Assembly (NCBI GenBank): GCA_030390025.1
Contig: CM059431.1
Location: 127,908,001-127,972,000 of the forward strand
Direction: 5' to 3'
Source of the DNA: Squalus acanthias
Taxonomy: Eukaryota
DNA length: 64,000 nt
Under the pieces are notes generated by a model that did not search any database, was not told the DNA's origin, and saw only the letters and a list, made by a program, of their open reading frames with translations. Below, in pieces: positions 1 through 14,344 of this stretch; the stretch's first letter is position 1, and every line of letters starts with the position of its first letter. A program made the translations under genes and the position numbers.

Positions 1-277
1 CTACTTACCTTGTTAAAGGGGTGTCATACGCCTGCTTTTTTTATGTGTAAAATCTTCACCACTTACCTGCGCGTTCAAAGCTGAAAAAAAACTAAGTGCA
101 CTGCGTGCGCACAGCCTGTAGCGCGCACGCAGTTCACTTAGGAACCGCCCCCTTTTGAATTCACGAAGTGCCGGTTTCCCACGCATGCGCAGTGCATGCA
201 GGAAACCGGCAATTGGAGACCTAATACGCGAGAGTACACAGTGCGTACTCTCGCGTATTAGGTCTAATTTTCGGGCC
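1..277. mobile_element. Right part of a non-autonomous Harbinger-type MITE
   Basis: Ends in TAATTTTCGGGCC, similar to other Harbinger-type termini in the window; internal motifs resemble the MITE at 7496-8251; CpG-rich subterminal sequence. Confidence 0.45.
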
Positions 278-999
278 AATGTGTTGGGGGATAGGGAGCT
301 AACATTGATCATTATTAAATTTAATATTTAATGAATTAAATCTAAAGTGCATCATTCATTTTAAAATTTTCACATTTGGTGGAGTTCAATTTCTGAAATT
401 ACCCATTAGATTACAAGACCACCTTGTGATTGTCATGTATTCTGCCATCAGATAATTTAGTTCAGATTTTCATAGTGAGTCGCAGACATTCTACTGCCAG
501 CATGCTGTCCCAAATTCATTGAAAATAGTAAGCTTACCAAAGATTTCATCTTTGTTGCTCCATAGTTAGAACTGTGGGAAAACTCTGGCACTTTTTGATA
601 AGTGAGCCACTGAACCTGAGCTGTTGCAGCATGCAGCAAGACATCCTGCCCATCAAGTCTGCACCAGTGCTTTTATCCACATGATGTACCTAGTCTAATC
701 CCAGTCCCCTGCTTCCTTCCATGACCCTTTAATATTCCTCTTTTTCAAGCAACTATCTAATTCCCTTCTAAAATAATTTATGGACTCTACTTCAACAATA
801 GTTTCTTTCAGAGAATGTTGCATTCTAACTACCCTCTATGCAATTAAAATTTTCGAATCTCTCTTTTATATTGTTTTGTGATCATCTCAAATATATTTCA
901 TTACAGACTTGCTGATCAGTGAAGTGCCGCTTTATTCACCCTACCACAAAAACATAGATAAAATGGAGTTCACATAAAAGGGACAAGGATGATTCCAGC

Positions 1000-1470
1000 C
1001 TTAATCACCATAGAAGACCATCATGTATGTGCCAACTTACAGCTAGAGCAATCCGAACCATTGCTATTGCTTTCCTCTCCTTATAGCCTTGTATCTTCCG
1101 CTGCTTCAAATATCCAACTTTTCCTTAAAATATACAAAATTCTCTGCCTCAACTAATCTCTGTGGCAAAGCATTCCATCTTCCAATAATTCTAGGCTTAA
1201 ATAAATTTCTCCTAACTTCAGTGGCTGACTGGCATCCTTCTGTATTGCAAATGGCTATAGTTCTCCTCCTCATATCAGCACATGGAAAATAAGACACATC
1301 ACTGTTTCTTCCTCCAACACCTTCTTTCAAAACTCTGAATATGCACAGCCTTTTAAACCCTAAGCTTAGCATCAAATAATCACTATTGCTTAGATTTATC
1401 TAATCTATCCAATTCAGAGTTCTGAATTCTGGGACAATCCTTGTTGCTATTCTGTGAACCCTCTGTAATT
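1000..1470 (-). mobile_element. Degenerate CR1 LINE 3' fragment
   Basis: ORF 1106-1375 translates RRNLFKPRIIGRWNALPQRLVEAENFVYFKEKLD, typical CR1 ORF2 C-terminus. Confidence 0.6.
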
Positions 1471-1752
1471 CAACACTATGGGCCCGATTTTCCCAATGGA
1501 GGCGGGTTTCGGTTTGGGTGGGTTCCAAACCCGCCTCCACTGTGAGGTGGGAAACATTTGCGATTTTCCCCTAATTGGCCAGTTAATTTCAGAGATGTGG
1601 GTTCCCCTGGCCCAGTTAGTCTTTTGGGACTGAAACTCGCCTCTGCTGACGTCACTTATCCAGCTTCATTTAAGGGCTGCTTGCTGCCTTGGCTCATTCC
1701 ACTGGTTTTTGGTCGATGGTGCACCACCTCCAAACTTTTATCTCCTTGAAGA

Positions 1753-1945
1753 ATGGCCAACTCCAAGGCAAGGGCCTCTCCGAGGTTCTCGGATGAGGCG
1801 CTAGGTATGCTGGTTGAGGGGGCGAGAGCTAGCAGGAAGGTGCTTTTCCCGTCATCTGGGAAAAAGAAGCCTCTCAAAGAAACCAAGGCTGTGTGGGTCC
1901 AGCTGGCAATGGATATAACCTCCAGATCTGTGTGCAGATCGGGTG
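1753..1945 (+). pseudogene. Truncated Harbinger Myb/SANT-like DNA-binding gene
   Basis: MANSKARASPRFSDEALGMLVEG..VLFP..KAVWVQLA resembles exon 1 of the Myb-like gene at 18487-18723. Confidence 0.7.
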
Positions 1946-2261
1946 AATGTTTCTGTTTATTGATGAAATGCCATTCCTGTGTGAATGCATTAAAATTAGG
2001 TGATGGCAAACTGTTGGCGTGATGGCATCTGTTATTTCGGCTTAAGCAGCTCCACATTGCAGGCTCCGCGACACTTGCATGGTCAGGTTGGTGGTCAGAG
2101 TGAAAGGAAACCACAGAGTCATGTCCATTATCTATCATGTGTTAAGAATGGGCAACCTATGCATCCCTTGCATCACGGGCATCCGCTGCTGCTGGTTGAT
2201 ATGCCGCCACTCATTCCTCTTCCTCCTCCTCCTCCGCCTCCTCCTCCTCCTCCTCATCTGA

Positions 2262-3340
2262 GGAGGCTATGAACTGAGCCACTTGCTCATCAGTAAGCCA
2301 CGACGCTGTGCCATGTTGTGCAGTGCACTGCAGACCATGACCATACTGGAGACCCTGGCTGCTGAATACTATAGGGCTCCACCTGATCTGTCAAGGCATC
2401 TGAATCGCATCTTCAGCAAGTCAATGGTTTGCTCGATGATGGACCTGGTTGAAATGTGGCTGGCGTTGTAGCGCTCTTCAGCCTCGTTAGCTGACCTCCT
2501 GATCGGCATCATTAGCCACTTCTTCAGGGGGTAGCCCTTGTCACCAAGGAGCCATCCGTTAAGTTGGTTTGGCGGACTGAAGAGCGGAGGAACACTAGAG
2601 TTCCGCAGGATGAAAGAGTCATGGCAACTACCACAGAATTTGGTGCAAACATGCAAAATCTCCTTCTTGTGGTTACACACCAGCTGTACGTTGAGGTTGA
2701 CAAAGATAGCTGGGTTTTGATGGGGTGCTCTAAGGGCCACATGTGTGCAGTCTATGACGCCCTGCACCATTGGCAAGCCTGCCATATTTGCAAAGCCAAC
2801 TGAACGTGCGGTTACACTTGCTTGATCCCTTGAGAAGTAGATGTAATTGTGCATCTTTGCAAAAAGGGCATCGGTAACCTGCATGATGCAACTGTGGGCG
2901 GCCGACTGGGAGATGTCACTGATGTCTGCTGATGATCCCTGGAAGGAGCCTGAGGCAAAAAAGTTGAGTGCAGTGGTGACTTTGACAGCCACTGGTAAGG
3001 GGTGTCCACCTGTTCCTCTGGGCTCCAGGTGTTGGTGCAGCATTGCGCAGATGTCTTCGACAACCTGTCGTGAAAGTCTCAGCCTCCTTTGGCACTGCTG
3101 CTCACTCATGTTGAGGTAGCTCATCCTCTATCTGTAAACCCTGAGAGGTGGGTATCTCCTGCGGCGACGTGCTTCTATGCGCTGGCGCCTTCGGCCCTGT
3201 GCAGCATTAGGTGGTTGAGCAGGAGGTTGGCGCTCCTGCTGCTGTTGCTGCTGAGCTGCCTGGTTCTGCTGCTGCCGTGGCTGCTCCTCATCCGAATCTG
3301 AGCTCCATGGTGAAAAGAAATAAATGGTTCCCATGCTGCT
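2262..3340 (-). pseudogene. Harbinger (HARBI1-like) DDE transposase pseudogene
   Basis: [40 protein letters not shown] motifs; frameshift near 3125, premature stop at 2369, NRKG-x-HS motif deleted. Confidence 0.9.
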
Positions 3341-5339
3341 GGCAGATACCTCCGTTGGGGAAGCGCTCAGTCCAAGCGGGGAGAGGGTCTTCCAAGGAGG
3401 TCCCACAGTTGACAGATAGAAGCTGCAGCACCTCTGACTTTGGTAGGCCTGCTAAAAGTGCTGAAAGACCTGTGGAACAAAAATTCTGCCACCTGCAACT
3501 GCTCCCTGATGAAAGCTCCGTTTTAATGGTGGAGCTGCAGCTGTGAGAAGGCCACCCACTTGTCAACCCACCAGGATTAGCTGGCGTGGTTTAGGAGGGT
3601 CGTGCAACATGCACAAAATGTGGCAAAATAACAAAGGCCTGTGAAAATAGGATTCTAGAGGCCCTTAACTAGTATTTAAGGCTCTTAACTACCTCTCTAA
3701 ACCGATGGAGACGGGTTGGAGGCGGGTTCCGAACCCGCCCTCAGTTTTTGCCATTTTGCCAACTGTCCTGCCTCCAAACCCGCCTCCTCAGGGCTAGGAA
3801 AATCGCCCCCATACTCTTTTAAGGTAAGAAGCTCAAAAATGTACACAATTATTTATCTTCTATGGAAGTGATCCTTCTGTGGGAAATGAAGAGTGAGGCA
3901 ACAAATGCAATGAGGGTAATTTTGACTGTGCGATTGTGTAAAACGCATGATAGCAAATCAGCAGCCCGTTTCACATCTCTCCTGATTTTTATTTCCGTTG
4001 AAGTCAATGGAAATAAAAACCGAGAGAGATGTAAAATGGGCTGCCGATTCGCTATCACCCATTTTAATCTATCACGTAAAGTCAGAATTACCACCAATGA
4101 GTGTTAGTGGTTTGGTGAATACAGAGGATAAATTATTTTGTGATAATGTTATGCAATTTATGCTAATTCTAATCTGTAAGTTTAGTGGTTAATCAAGAGT
4201 TATGATTATGTGACAGGCAAATATGAAGTGAAAGGAAACCCAACATATAGACATGAGTCTGTAGGCAAATGATGGTGCAGCCTAATACCTAACCCCCCAG
4301 TTTTATGATTCCTGAAGTGCTAGTGGTGCTGCAGGAGATGGTTGTAAGGAGAGTCACCATTTTTGCCACTCTATAGGTCAGGATATACCTGGAAGGAGAT
4401 GCAGACAGATTGGAGACCACAGTTGATCATTATTGTCACTGGTTGCACCTGCCCTACTTTGCATAGTAGCTGCAAGCATCCTGACAGCTGACGGCACAGC
4501 TCTGGATCTTATTCTCTGCTGGCCTGTGAAGACAGTTCCTCATGGTCATCATCAAGGTAGGGTCAATAATGCCTGCAGTTATGGTTGGTGCTATTTTGGT
4601 GGGTGCTGCCAAGATGGTTATGTTGGTACACTTTCAACCATGCAGTATCAATGAGATCATCACAAACATGATTGAGATTTTTCCGAGGAACCATCCAATA
4701 TTATTATCAGTCAAGCATTCACATATTTTACTATACTATTGAGTCTGTTGTCCCTGCTTCCATTGAGGATATAAGCCTCTATATGCACTCCACATGATAT
4801 GGAATGCACTCACTGTCTGCCAAAGAAAAGTAAGCACCCCTTTGGCTACAGAAGCTGGTGTGCAGGTACCTGTGGATGGACACAGAGCACTTCTCATGAG
4901 GCATGATCTAGCTGGGATCCTTCGTTGGTCCTTTTCTTCTTCCAAATATCTCAGCTAGGGGATTCCCATTACAAACCCATCGGTGGCAGTAATGTTGCTG
5001 GGAGCAAAAATAAATGAGCAAAAACAATTGGCACAAAGGCTTATGAGAAACTAAAGTCACAATTTTAACACAGGGCACATTGGGGACAGGCAGGGTGCGG
5101 TGCTGGAGGGAAACCCCCACAGTGAGTTGAACATGGAACAACTGCCTCCTGCTCAAAACCAGCGGGAGTGAAGTCAGGGCTGCCAGGCAAGAGCAGGAAT
5201 TCAGCCGAGGGTCCAACGCTACCAGGGACCCAAGGGAAAGGTCCTCGGTATAAGAGTGACTGGCATGTGCAATGTCCCTGTCTCCAAATTAATATTTAAA
5301 CAAAGCTCCTAACTGTTTGAAAATAGGAAAATGGTTTAG

Positions 5340-6130
5340 CACTACCATTAATGGCTCAGCAAGCCTGGGAAGGGGCACCCAGGGCAGCACTGCAAGAGAG
5401 GTCCTCTACCCACAGGAGTCAGGAGTCCCTCCAGAAAGAACGATGTGGGACCAGATCACCGAGACCATCACTGCCAGCAGTGTCGCCCCCACAACCTGGC
5501 TCCAGTGCCCAAAGAAGCTTCATGACCTCAGACCACAGGTAAAGATCAGTGAATGCATCTTCAAAAGCCATCTCCTACCAACTGCATCACTAGCCTCACA
5601 CATTGCTCAATGCACGACTCCCCTCCACCCCCCAATCACTCACCTACCAACAATCTGCACCAATCATGAGGCACATCTCCCATTCCTAGCCTCACCTCAC
5701 CCCCGTTGGAGGAGACGGTGCAGGCCATTCTTGGCAGGGGCATGGCTGAGCCCTTGGCCAGCGGCGGGGCTGAAAGGATACAAGATGCTGGTATCCTCAT
5801 ACGTTATCCTCCTTCTCGCATGCACCTCTTGCTTTCCTGCCCTCCCCTCACCACAACTCCACCCTTGTGCCTTCCTCATTTCACACACCCAAGAAATGCA
5901 GCCTGCCCAGCCAATGGGTGACCAGGAAGAGGGAGAGGAGAATGAAGAATAACAAGAAGAAACACCGTCACTCGATTTGACACACCCAGCCACCAGCTCC
6001 TCAAGTGCCCCCCACTGAAAGTCAGCAGCCTTCCACCAGCCATGCTGCAGCCACTGGGGTAGCACTGCGAGACATCAGTAGGACAGGCAAAGGCACACAC
6101 AAGACAGTCACTAAGGGAATGCACAAGGGT
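5340..6130 (+). pseudogene. Decayed Harbinger Myb-like gene remnant
   Basis: REVLYPQ..WDQI..TWLQCPKKLHDL motif and 3' sequence resembling copies at 27370-28200 and 38400-40630. Confidence 0.65.
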
Positions 6131-7495
6131 GATTAGTTGATTTCTTGATGTAATATTGGATGGATAGATGTATAAAGTTGGATTGGAAAGTTTGCTTCGT
6201 GGTGGCTTTTATTTCAGCATTGTGGCCAAGAGGATATTGTGATGGTCAGTAACAGAGGGAAGGTAAGGTGTGGGACTAATGTTGAAAGGGGAATTGGGGT
6301 TGTGGTCACTGGGACCGCAGGCAGATGATTTCATCCAGGATATCTTGGCTACAAAGGGGCTGTCTCGGTTGCATCCTTCCGTCTGCTTCCTCCATTCCGC
6401 TTCCTCCTCTTTGGCTTCCTCCGCTTCTGTGTCTCCCTCTTCCCTCTGTGAGCAGATGCTGTAAATCTGAAATGCCAGCATAAAATGCTGGAAATATTCA
6501 CCAGCTCAGGCATCACCTTGACCTGAGACGTGAACTCTTTCTCTCTCCATGGATGTTGCCTGACCTGCTGAGTATTTGCAGCATTTTCTGCTTTCTCAGA
6601 GGCCTTCCTTTACCATCCAAGGCCTTGTATGCATGCAGCAACACTCCCTACACACTTAAAAATCTTTTAACATCTATCGCAGCAAGCCACTACTACAATA
6701 AAATTAAAAAAAGCATTCCAAAAGCTGAAATGCAAACTTACTTGAAAGATGTGTGTGTCCCTTTAAGAGGTGCTGACAGTGCCTCTGTCAGTCTCTTTAC
6801 ACGCTGGGTTTCCCTGGCGTGATTATGTCCCAGTGCTGAATTCAGCGCTAGGGTCGAAGTTAGCCAGGGTGACGTTAAGTTGCCGTTGCACCCCGACTGA
6901 CGTCACCAATCCGCCATTTTTCTTTGCAGGGCGCTAATACTTACCGGCGGCGCTACGAGGAGGACCAAAATGAAGAACACCGCGGGACCTGCCACTTTTT
7001 GACGGTAACTGGTGGCGTAAAGCCCTTGAATTTTTTGCCCTTAAGCTCTACAATGACAAAGGTATATAGATTATATAAAATATTAAACAGTATAGATAAG
7101 GTGAACACAGAATATTACTTCATAGTAAGTCAGGTTTGTAAGATCAAAGGATATAAATTTCATTAGTGAAAAGAAAATTTAGAGCAGCTGGTGGAATGGT
7201 AGATAAATATTCGGAATAATCTTCCAGAAAAGATTATACAGTGAAAGACGTTGAGGCCTTTCTAAATGCATTGGGAGACTGGGCTGGAAGAGTTAAAGTA
7301 GCAGAGGGTTGAGTTTCAATGGACTGAATTACCTTTTCTTGCTCTTAATTGTCTGAATCATCTTATGTAAACTGTACAGTTAAATAAATATGTAGTACAC
7401 AGTGTATATATAAATGGAATAGACTACACTGACATTGGTACTGCTTTGGAAATTGGAGGTGGGGAGGTGATCTGATTTTTTCTCATAATTTCATT

Positions 7496-8251
7496 GGGCC
7501 TGAATTTCCGATTGGAGGCTTCATGCGGGTGGATGCCTCCGATCGGAAAAAATCTACGCACTTACCTGCTGGCTACGTAGGTCCTGAGACTTGCGATCCT
7601 GGGGCTCTGCTCTATGAAATGCGCAGAGGCCCAGGTATCCCAGGGGCGCAGGCGGTTCGCAAGCGTCCCCTGAGATCACGTGGGCCATGGGGAACCAATC
7701 AAAGAAGGGAATCCCCCTTCACACTTTTTACAGGTCTCTACACGCAGAACTGTCAAAAGTATGAATGGGGATCACTTAAAAAACACAGTTAAACATTAAA
7801 TACATTTTTTTTAAATCACATATTTAAAATTCATTAAAATGATATTAAATTAAATATTTTAAACAAAAATTTAATTTTTTGAAAAAAAGAATTAAAGTTT
7901 TTTACAGGCCTAAAAATAAACTTACCTTTTATTAAAGGTATTTTAAAATTATAAATCAGTGAAATTTTTTTTTAAAACTCTTATGCTGGTAAAAGCAGGC
8001 CTTATGCCTGCTTTTACCAAGCGTAAGATTTTTAAAGGCTTTCAGCGGGCAGAAGTTGTGCGGAAAGCGGAACTCCCTGCACGCGGAGGCCTATCTCCTG
8101 GGCAGGCGGAGGATCTGTCAAGAGAATTCTTGACAGATCGCAAGTGCCGGGTTTTAGCGCATGCGCTTCGCATGCCTAAACCCGGCACTTGAGCGGCCCC
8201 TATGGGTGCGTACACACCTCGTACGCACCCGTGGGGTCCGAAAATCGGCCC
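7496..8251. mobile_element. Non-autonomous Harbinger-type MITE
   Basis: Imperfect TIRs GGGCCTGAATTTCCG / CCGAAAATCGGCCC flanked by matching 3-bp TSD ATT (7493-7495, 8252-8254); AT-rich core, no coding capacity. Confidence 0.75.
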
Positions 8252-8464
8252 ATTGTGTTCTAACGATCCATGCCCATAATCTGTTTTTGAAGTCTTTTGC
8301 TGCTTGGTAAAGTAATTAGAACTCCAGAGATCTAGAACTCCCAGCATGTTGAACTAGTTACCACATTGGGTACTTATACATTTTATTACATGTACATAGC
8401 TGACTTACTTCTTTTACCCCTTTTAATACGAATCTAATAATCTAACTGACCATGACCATTCTAT

Positions 8465-9494
8465 TTCCCGCACTTCTGCTCTCACCCCTTCCCCTCCCTC
8501 CCGGAACCACGATAGGGTTCCCCTTGTCCTCACCTTTCACCCCACCAGCCTCCACATTCAACGGATCATCCTCCGCCATTTCCGCCACCTCCAGCGGGAT
8601 CCCACCACCAAACACATCTTCCCCTCACCTCCCCTTTCAGCATTCCGAAGGGACCGTTCCCTCCGCGACACCCTCGTCCACTCCTTTATCACCCCCAACA
8701 CCCCTTCCCCTTCACCCGGCACCTTCCCGTGCAAGTGTAGAAGATGCAACACCTGCCCTTTTACCTCCCCCCTTCCCACTGTCCAGGGCCCCAAACACTC
8801 CTTCCAGGTGAAACAGCGATTTACTTGTACTTTTTGCAATTTAGTATACTGTATTCGCTGCTCACGAGGAGGTCTCCTCTACATTGGGGAGACCAAACAC
8901 AGATTGGGTGACCGCTTTGCGGAACACCTCCATTCAGACCGTAAGGGTGACCCCGAGCTTCCGGTCGCCTGTCACTTTAATTCTCCACTCTACTCCCACT
9001 CTGACTTCTCTGTCCTCGGCCTCTTATACTGTTCCAATGAAGCTCAGCATAAGCTCGAGGAACAGCAACAAATCTTTCGATTAGGCACTTTACAGCCTTC
9101 TGGACTCAACATCGAGTTCAACAATTTCAGATCATAACCTCTGCTCCTATCTTTTTTTCTCTCTCTCACATGGCAGCTGTTGATCATCCATTTACACTTC
9201 ATCTAAAGTCATCTTTTGTTTCTTAACTTGTCCCATTACCATCTACTTTTGCCTTGCACCATCATCCCTTTTGTCTCTTAACCTCTCCTGCCTTCCACCC
9301 TATCACAGACCTTCCCTTTTGTTCTTTCCTACCCTCCCCCCTCTCCCTGCCCCTACACTTGCTTAAAAACCTGTTACATCTCCAACTTTTTCCAGTTCTG
9401 ACGAAGGGTCATCGATCTGAAACGTTAACTCTGTTTCTCTCTCTACAGAAGCTGCCGGGCCTGCTGTGTATTTCCAGAATTTTCTGTTTTTATT
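8465..9494 (+). mobile_element. Penelope-like element 3' fragment with GIY-YIG endonuclease remnant
   Basis: VYCIRCSRGGLLYIGETKHRLGDRFAEHL in ORF 8808-9137; tail sequence (CTGACGAAGGGTCATCGA..GAAACGTTAACTC) recurs at ~12560-13640. Confidence 0.8.
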
Positions 9495-9674
9495 ATTAAT
9501 AATCTAACTGGTTGTTTATCAGTTCAGTATGTGAAAAATACATTGCATATTGAAATGGTTTAAATAATATAATTACTGATAGTGTTTAGCTAAACTGGAT
9601 GGTCCATCTTGCTATTTAACTTGTATGTAAATATGTAATCACGTACATTGAAGTCTCCAAATCAAACATTACTG

Positions 9675-11248
9675 TATCCAATGACCAAACTGCTGACCAC
9701 CCAACTTCTGTTTCTGGCTCCCATGTTAGCTGACATTGTTAACGGTTCTCTCTCCTTAGCTATTGTCCCCCTCTCCCTCAAATCTGCCGTCATCACCCCT
9801 CTCCTCAAAAAAATAACGCTTGACCCCCTCCGTCCTCGCAAACTACCGCCCGATCTCCCTTTCCTCTCCAAAGTCCTTGAACGCGTTGTCGCCTGCCAAA
9901 TCCATGCCCATCTTTCCCGCAATTCCATGTTTGAATCCCTACAATCAGGTTTCCACCCTTGCCACAGTACCGAAACGGCTCTCAGCAAAGTCACGAATGA
10001 CATCCTTGGTGACTGTGACAAAGGTAAACTATCCCTCCTCATCCTTCTTGAGTTGTCTGTAGCCTTTCACATGGTTGACCACTCCATCCTTCTCCAATGC
10101 TTCTCCACCATCATCCAGCTGGGTGGGACTGCACTCGCCTGGTTCCATTCTTATCTATCCAATCGTAGCCAAAGAATCACCTGCAACAGCTTCTCTTCCC
10201 GGTCTCGCACCGTTACCTCTGGTGTCCCCCAAGGATCTATCGTTGGCCCCCTCCTATTTCTCATCTACATGTTGCCCCTTGGCGACATCATCCGAAAACA
10301 CGGCGTCAGTTTCCACATGTACGCTGACGACACCCAGCTCTACCTCACTACCTCTTCTCTTGACCCCTTCACGGTCTCTAAATTGTCAGACTGCTTGTCC
10401 GACATACAGTTATGGATGAGCAGAAATTTTCTACAACTAAATACTGGGAAGACCGAAGCCATTGTTTTCGGTCCCCTCCACAGACTCCATTCTCTAGCCG
10501 CTGACTCCATCCCTCTCCCTAGCATCTGCCTGAGGCTGAACCACACTGTTCGCAACCTTGGTGTCATATTTGATCCTGAAATGAGCTTCTGACAACGTAT
10601 CCACAGCATAACTGAAATCGCCTATTTCGACCTCCGTAACATCGCCCGTCTCTGCCCTTGCCTCAGCTCTTCCACTGTGGAGACCCTCATCCATGCCTTT
10701 GTTACCTCTAGACTTGACTATTCCAACACATTCCTGGCCATCCTCCCACATTCTACCCTACGTAAACTTGAGGTAATCCAAAACCCGGCTGCCCGTCTCC
10801 TATCTCGCACCAAATCCCGCTCGCTCATTACCTCAATTTCAAAATTCTCATCCTTGTTTTCCAATCCCTCCATGGCCTTGCCCCTCCCTATCTCTGGAAT
10901 CTCCTTCAGCCCCACAACCCCCTGAGATATCTGCACTCCTCTAATTTTGCCCTCTTGAACATCCCTGATTATAATCGCTCAACCATTGGTGGCCGTGCCT
11001 TCTGTTGCCTAGGCCCTAAACTGTGGAATTCCCTGCCTGAACCTCTCCGCCTCGCTACCCTCTTTCCTCCTTGAAGACGCTCCTTAAAACCTACCTCTTT
11101 GACCAAGCTTTTGGTCACCTGCCCTAATTTATCCTTATGTGGCTCGGTGTCAATTTTTTTGCCTTGTAATACTCCTGTGCAGCGTCTTGGGACGTTTTAC
11201 TACGTTAAAGGCTCTATATAAATACAAGTTGTTGTTGTTGTTGTTGTT
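9675..11248 (+). mobile_element. 5'-truncated L2-clade LINE (RT pseudogene)
   Basis: [35 protein letters not shown] motifs; stops and frameshifts downstream; (GTT)n 3' tail at ~11228-11248. Confidence 0.9.
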
Positions 11249-11595
11249 GACATGGAGCAAAAACTATTAAAACATCTGACATTTGGAAGTACTACAGGCA
11301 GGATAGTGCGAACATATGCATCTTTACAAATGTAGATAGCCTGCTTCTGTCAGCCAGCAATTGTGAACAAAACAAGTCTTTTTAAAGAGAATGACATTGA
11401 ATTGAAATACATTAATTTTAAAGAACAGCTGATACAGTGAAACCTATAAATGATGAACACTTAACAGACTGGTATCAGCCGTCCTTATTTTGCAGATGGC
11501 CATTGTATGGATATAGTTTTGGCCAGGTTGCACGAAGATAGTCACCGCTTCTGTTCGACCGTCTCCTGAAATCGGCAAACCCGTCATCCTCCCCG

Positions 11596-12406
11596 GCAGG
11601 GACAGGGGACACAGGGATTCAAACCCTGGGACTCGCAGGGACAGGGGACACAGGGATTCAAACCCTGGGAACGGGTAGGGACAGGGGGACACAGGGATTC
11701 AAACCCAGGGAACGGGCAGGGACAGGGGACACAGGGATTCATACCCCGGGACTCGCAGGGACAGGGGACACAGGGATTCAAACCCTGGGAACGGGCAGGG
11801 ACAGGGGACACAGGGGGATTCAAACCCTGGGAACAGGCAGGGACAGGGGACACAGGGGGATTCAAACCCTGGGAATGGGCAGGGACAGGGGACACAGGGG
11901 GATTCAAACCCTGGGACTCGCAGGGACAGGGGACACAGGGATTCAAACCCTGGGAACGGGCAGGGACAGGGGACACAGGGGGATTCAAACCCCGGGACTC
12001 GCAGGGACAGGGGACACGGGGATTCAAACCCTGGGAACGGGCAGGGACAGGGGACACAGGGGGATTCAAACCCGGGGACTCGCAGGGACAGGGGACACAG
12101 GGGGATTCAAACCCTGGGAACGGGCAGGGACAGGGGACACAGGGGGATTCAAACCCTGGGAACGGGCAGGGACAGGGGACACAGGGGGATTCAAACCCCG
12201 GGAACGGGCAGGGACAGGGGACACAGGGGGATTCAAACCCCGGGACTCGCAGGGACAGGGGACACAGGGGGATTCAAACCCTGGGAACGGGCAGGGACAG
12301 GGGACACAAGGGGATTCAAACCCTGGGAACGGGCAGGGACAGGGGACACAGGGATTCAAACCCTGGGAACGGGCGGGGACAGGGGACACAGGGGGATTCA
12401 AACCCC
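11596..12406. repeat. Minisatellite, ~38-42-bp unit GCAGGGACAGGGGACACAGG(GG)GATTCAAACCCTGGGA(ACGG/CTC)
   Basis: About 20 directly visible tandem copies with two interspersed unit variants. Confidence 0.95.
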
Positions 12407-12681
12407 AGGCACTGGCAGGGTCAGCTCCTCTCTCTCAATATTACTGCTCTGTAGTGCACTATTAGGTGTTCACTGTGATACCATCAGTCATTTCGAATTA
12501 GCTAAGCACTTGTACCGAGAAGAGTGCTGGTACCTACGCCCATTAACATTACTTTGTTATAAAAACAGAAAATGTTGGAAATACTCAGCAGGTCAGGCAG
12601 CATCTGTGGAGCGAGAAACAGAATTAACGTTTCAAATCGATGACCTTTCGCCAGAACTAAAGGTCATCGACCTGAAACGTT

Positions 12682-13547
12682 GGGGGGAATTTTTCAGGGG
12701 GTCAGCGGAGAGAATCACACACACACACACACTGGGGGAGAATCACACACACACACACTGGGGGAGAATCACACACACACAGTTTGGTGGCGGGTCGGGT
12801 GGGAAAATGTTTATTTTGACAGTGGGTCAGGAACCCGCTGTCAACAGGCCGCCACGTGACTTTCCCAGATGTCAGGTCTGTCAGGGCTGAACAGACCCGA
12901 CACGCAGCGGCGGGGGAGGCAATTCAGGTCATTATGACCTTGTTAACAGCCCATTAAAAAGTATTTTTGATCTCACCTTACCATTTTACGAGGTTGCCCA
13001 CGGGGTCCATGATGCTCAGGGATCACGTCAGGTAAGGAGGTCGGGAGTTGTATGACCATGGAATCATCTCGTTACTTGACAGCTGCAAATGTGCTATAAA
13101 AGCTCCCACCTCACAGCTGTTCACTTTCCAAGCTCAGAAACTATTGCTGACTGCATTTGGAAGACAGATTGAGCTTTATGCAGGTTGCAACTCTCTATCC
13201 AGTGTCACCTCATTTGAACAACCTTTCTCACCATTGACAGATCGCTTCTGTCATCTCTACCTCACCTGCCATCTAATACATCAGCATCGGTGCCCTTGAA
13301 ACTATCTCACCTTGGTCCTCAGAATCCTACCACAATCAGCCCCAACACCAGCAGCACCAGGCACACCAGTAGCAAATGACATCTTCAGACCCGCTTCTTT
13401 CAATTGGCTGGCAAGTGCGCTGGGTGAGCTTAACGAGCCCAATCAACATAAAATCATTCTACAGAGCGGGCTGGAGCCAGCAGCGGGGTCGGGACCCGCC
13501 ACCAACGTCGCCCGCACCGGACACACCGAGTAGGGGAAATCTCGGCC
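12682..13547. mobile_element. Harbinger-type MITE inserted in a Penelope-tail repeat
   Basis: Interrupts GACCTGAAACGTT|AACT; flanks GTT/ATT fit a decayed 3-bp TSD; G-rich left and C-rich right termini. Confidence 0.55.
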
Positions 13548-14344
13548 ATTAACTGTTTCGCTCTCTACAGATGCTGCCTGACCTGCTGAGTATATCCAGC
13601 ATTTCCTGTTTTTATTTCAGATTTCCAGCCTCCACAGTATTTTGCTAATATAACCTTGTTGCTGGATCCCAGCATGAAGTATACTGGGGGCTTTCTTTCC
13701 CTTACTAATTGTTTTGTCCCTCTCCCTTCCTAATGGAATTGAACTCTGCTGGGGCATGGTTCCATGGGCATGAGCCAGCCTTTGGGTACCTAATCCAAAT
13801 TGATTCAAACTCTAGGGACCGGCCGCATATCTTTTACAAATTGCAATGACTTACATTCTGTGTGAGTTTTAGGATGTGTGTACAATAGTGCCATTCTGTG
13901 AGAGAGCGTGGCAGATGGAACAAATTGCCCTTGGTGTGCTTAACAAAACAACTTATCTGTCTGTTAAATCCAAGACAGACTCTGCTGTGAAGGACGTTTC
14001 CCTGATCAGTGTGCTTACACGAGGCAGAAAAATTATAATCAACTGTCCTTGGGAACAGTGTGAATTAGAGGCTTACCAACAGCGACAACAACTGCAGGGG
14101 GATTCAAACCCCAGTGTTCGGCTTTGCATTCTTTTTAAGTTGCAATGACTGAAATGTTGTGTGAGTTTTAAGAACTGTGCAGTGTAAAAACAACTTTACA
14201 AAATTGATTGTAAGGCTTCTCTGTCGGTCCCCAGTTTCAATACCCCTGATAAATATACCAGCGGCAATCAGTTCCATCTGTAATGCTCTCTCAGAGAATG
14301 GCATTATTGTACACAGCTCTCCCCAGCCTCAGCTGACGGGCAGT

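Larger units (their letters stand above)
1480..3810. mobile_element. Decayed PIF/Harbinger DNA transposon
   Basis: Imperfect 14-bp TIRs GGGCCCGATTTTCC / GGAAAATCGCCCCC; convergent Myb-like remnant (+) and transposase pseudogene (-); TSD not clean. Confidence 0.8.
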
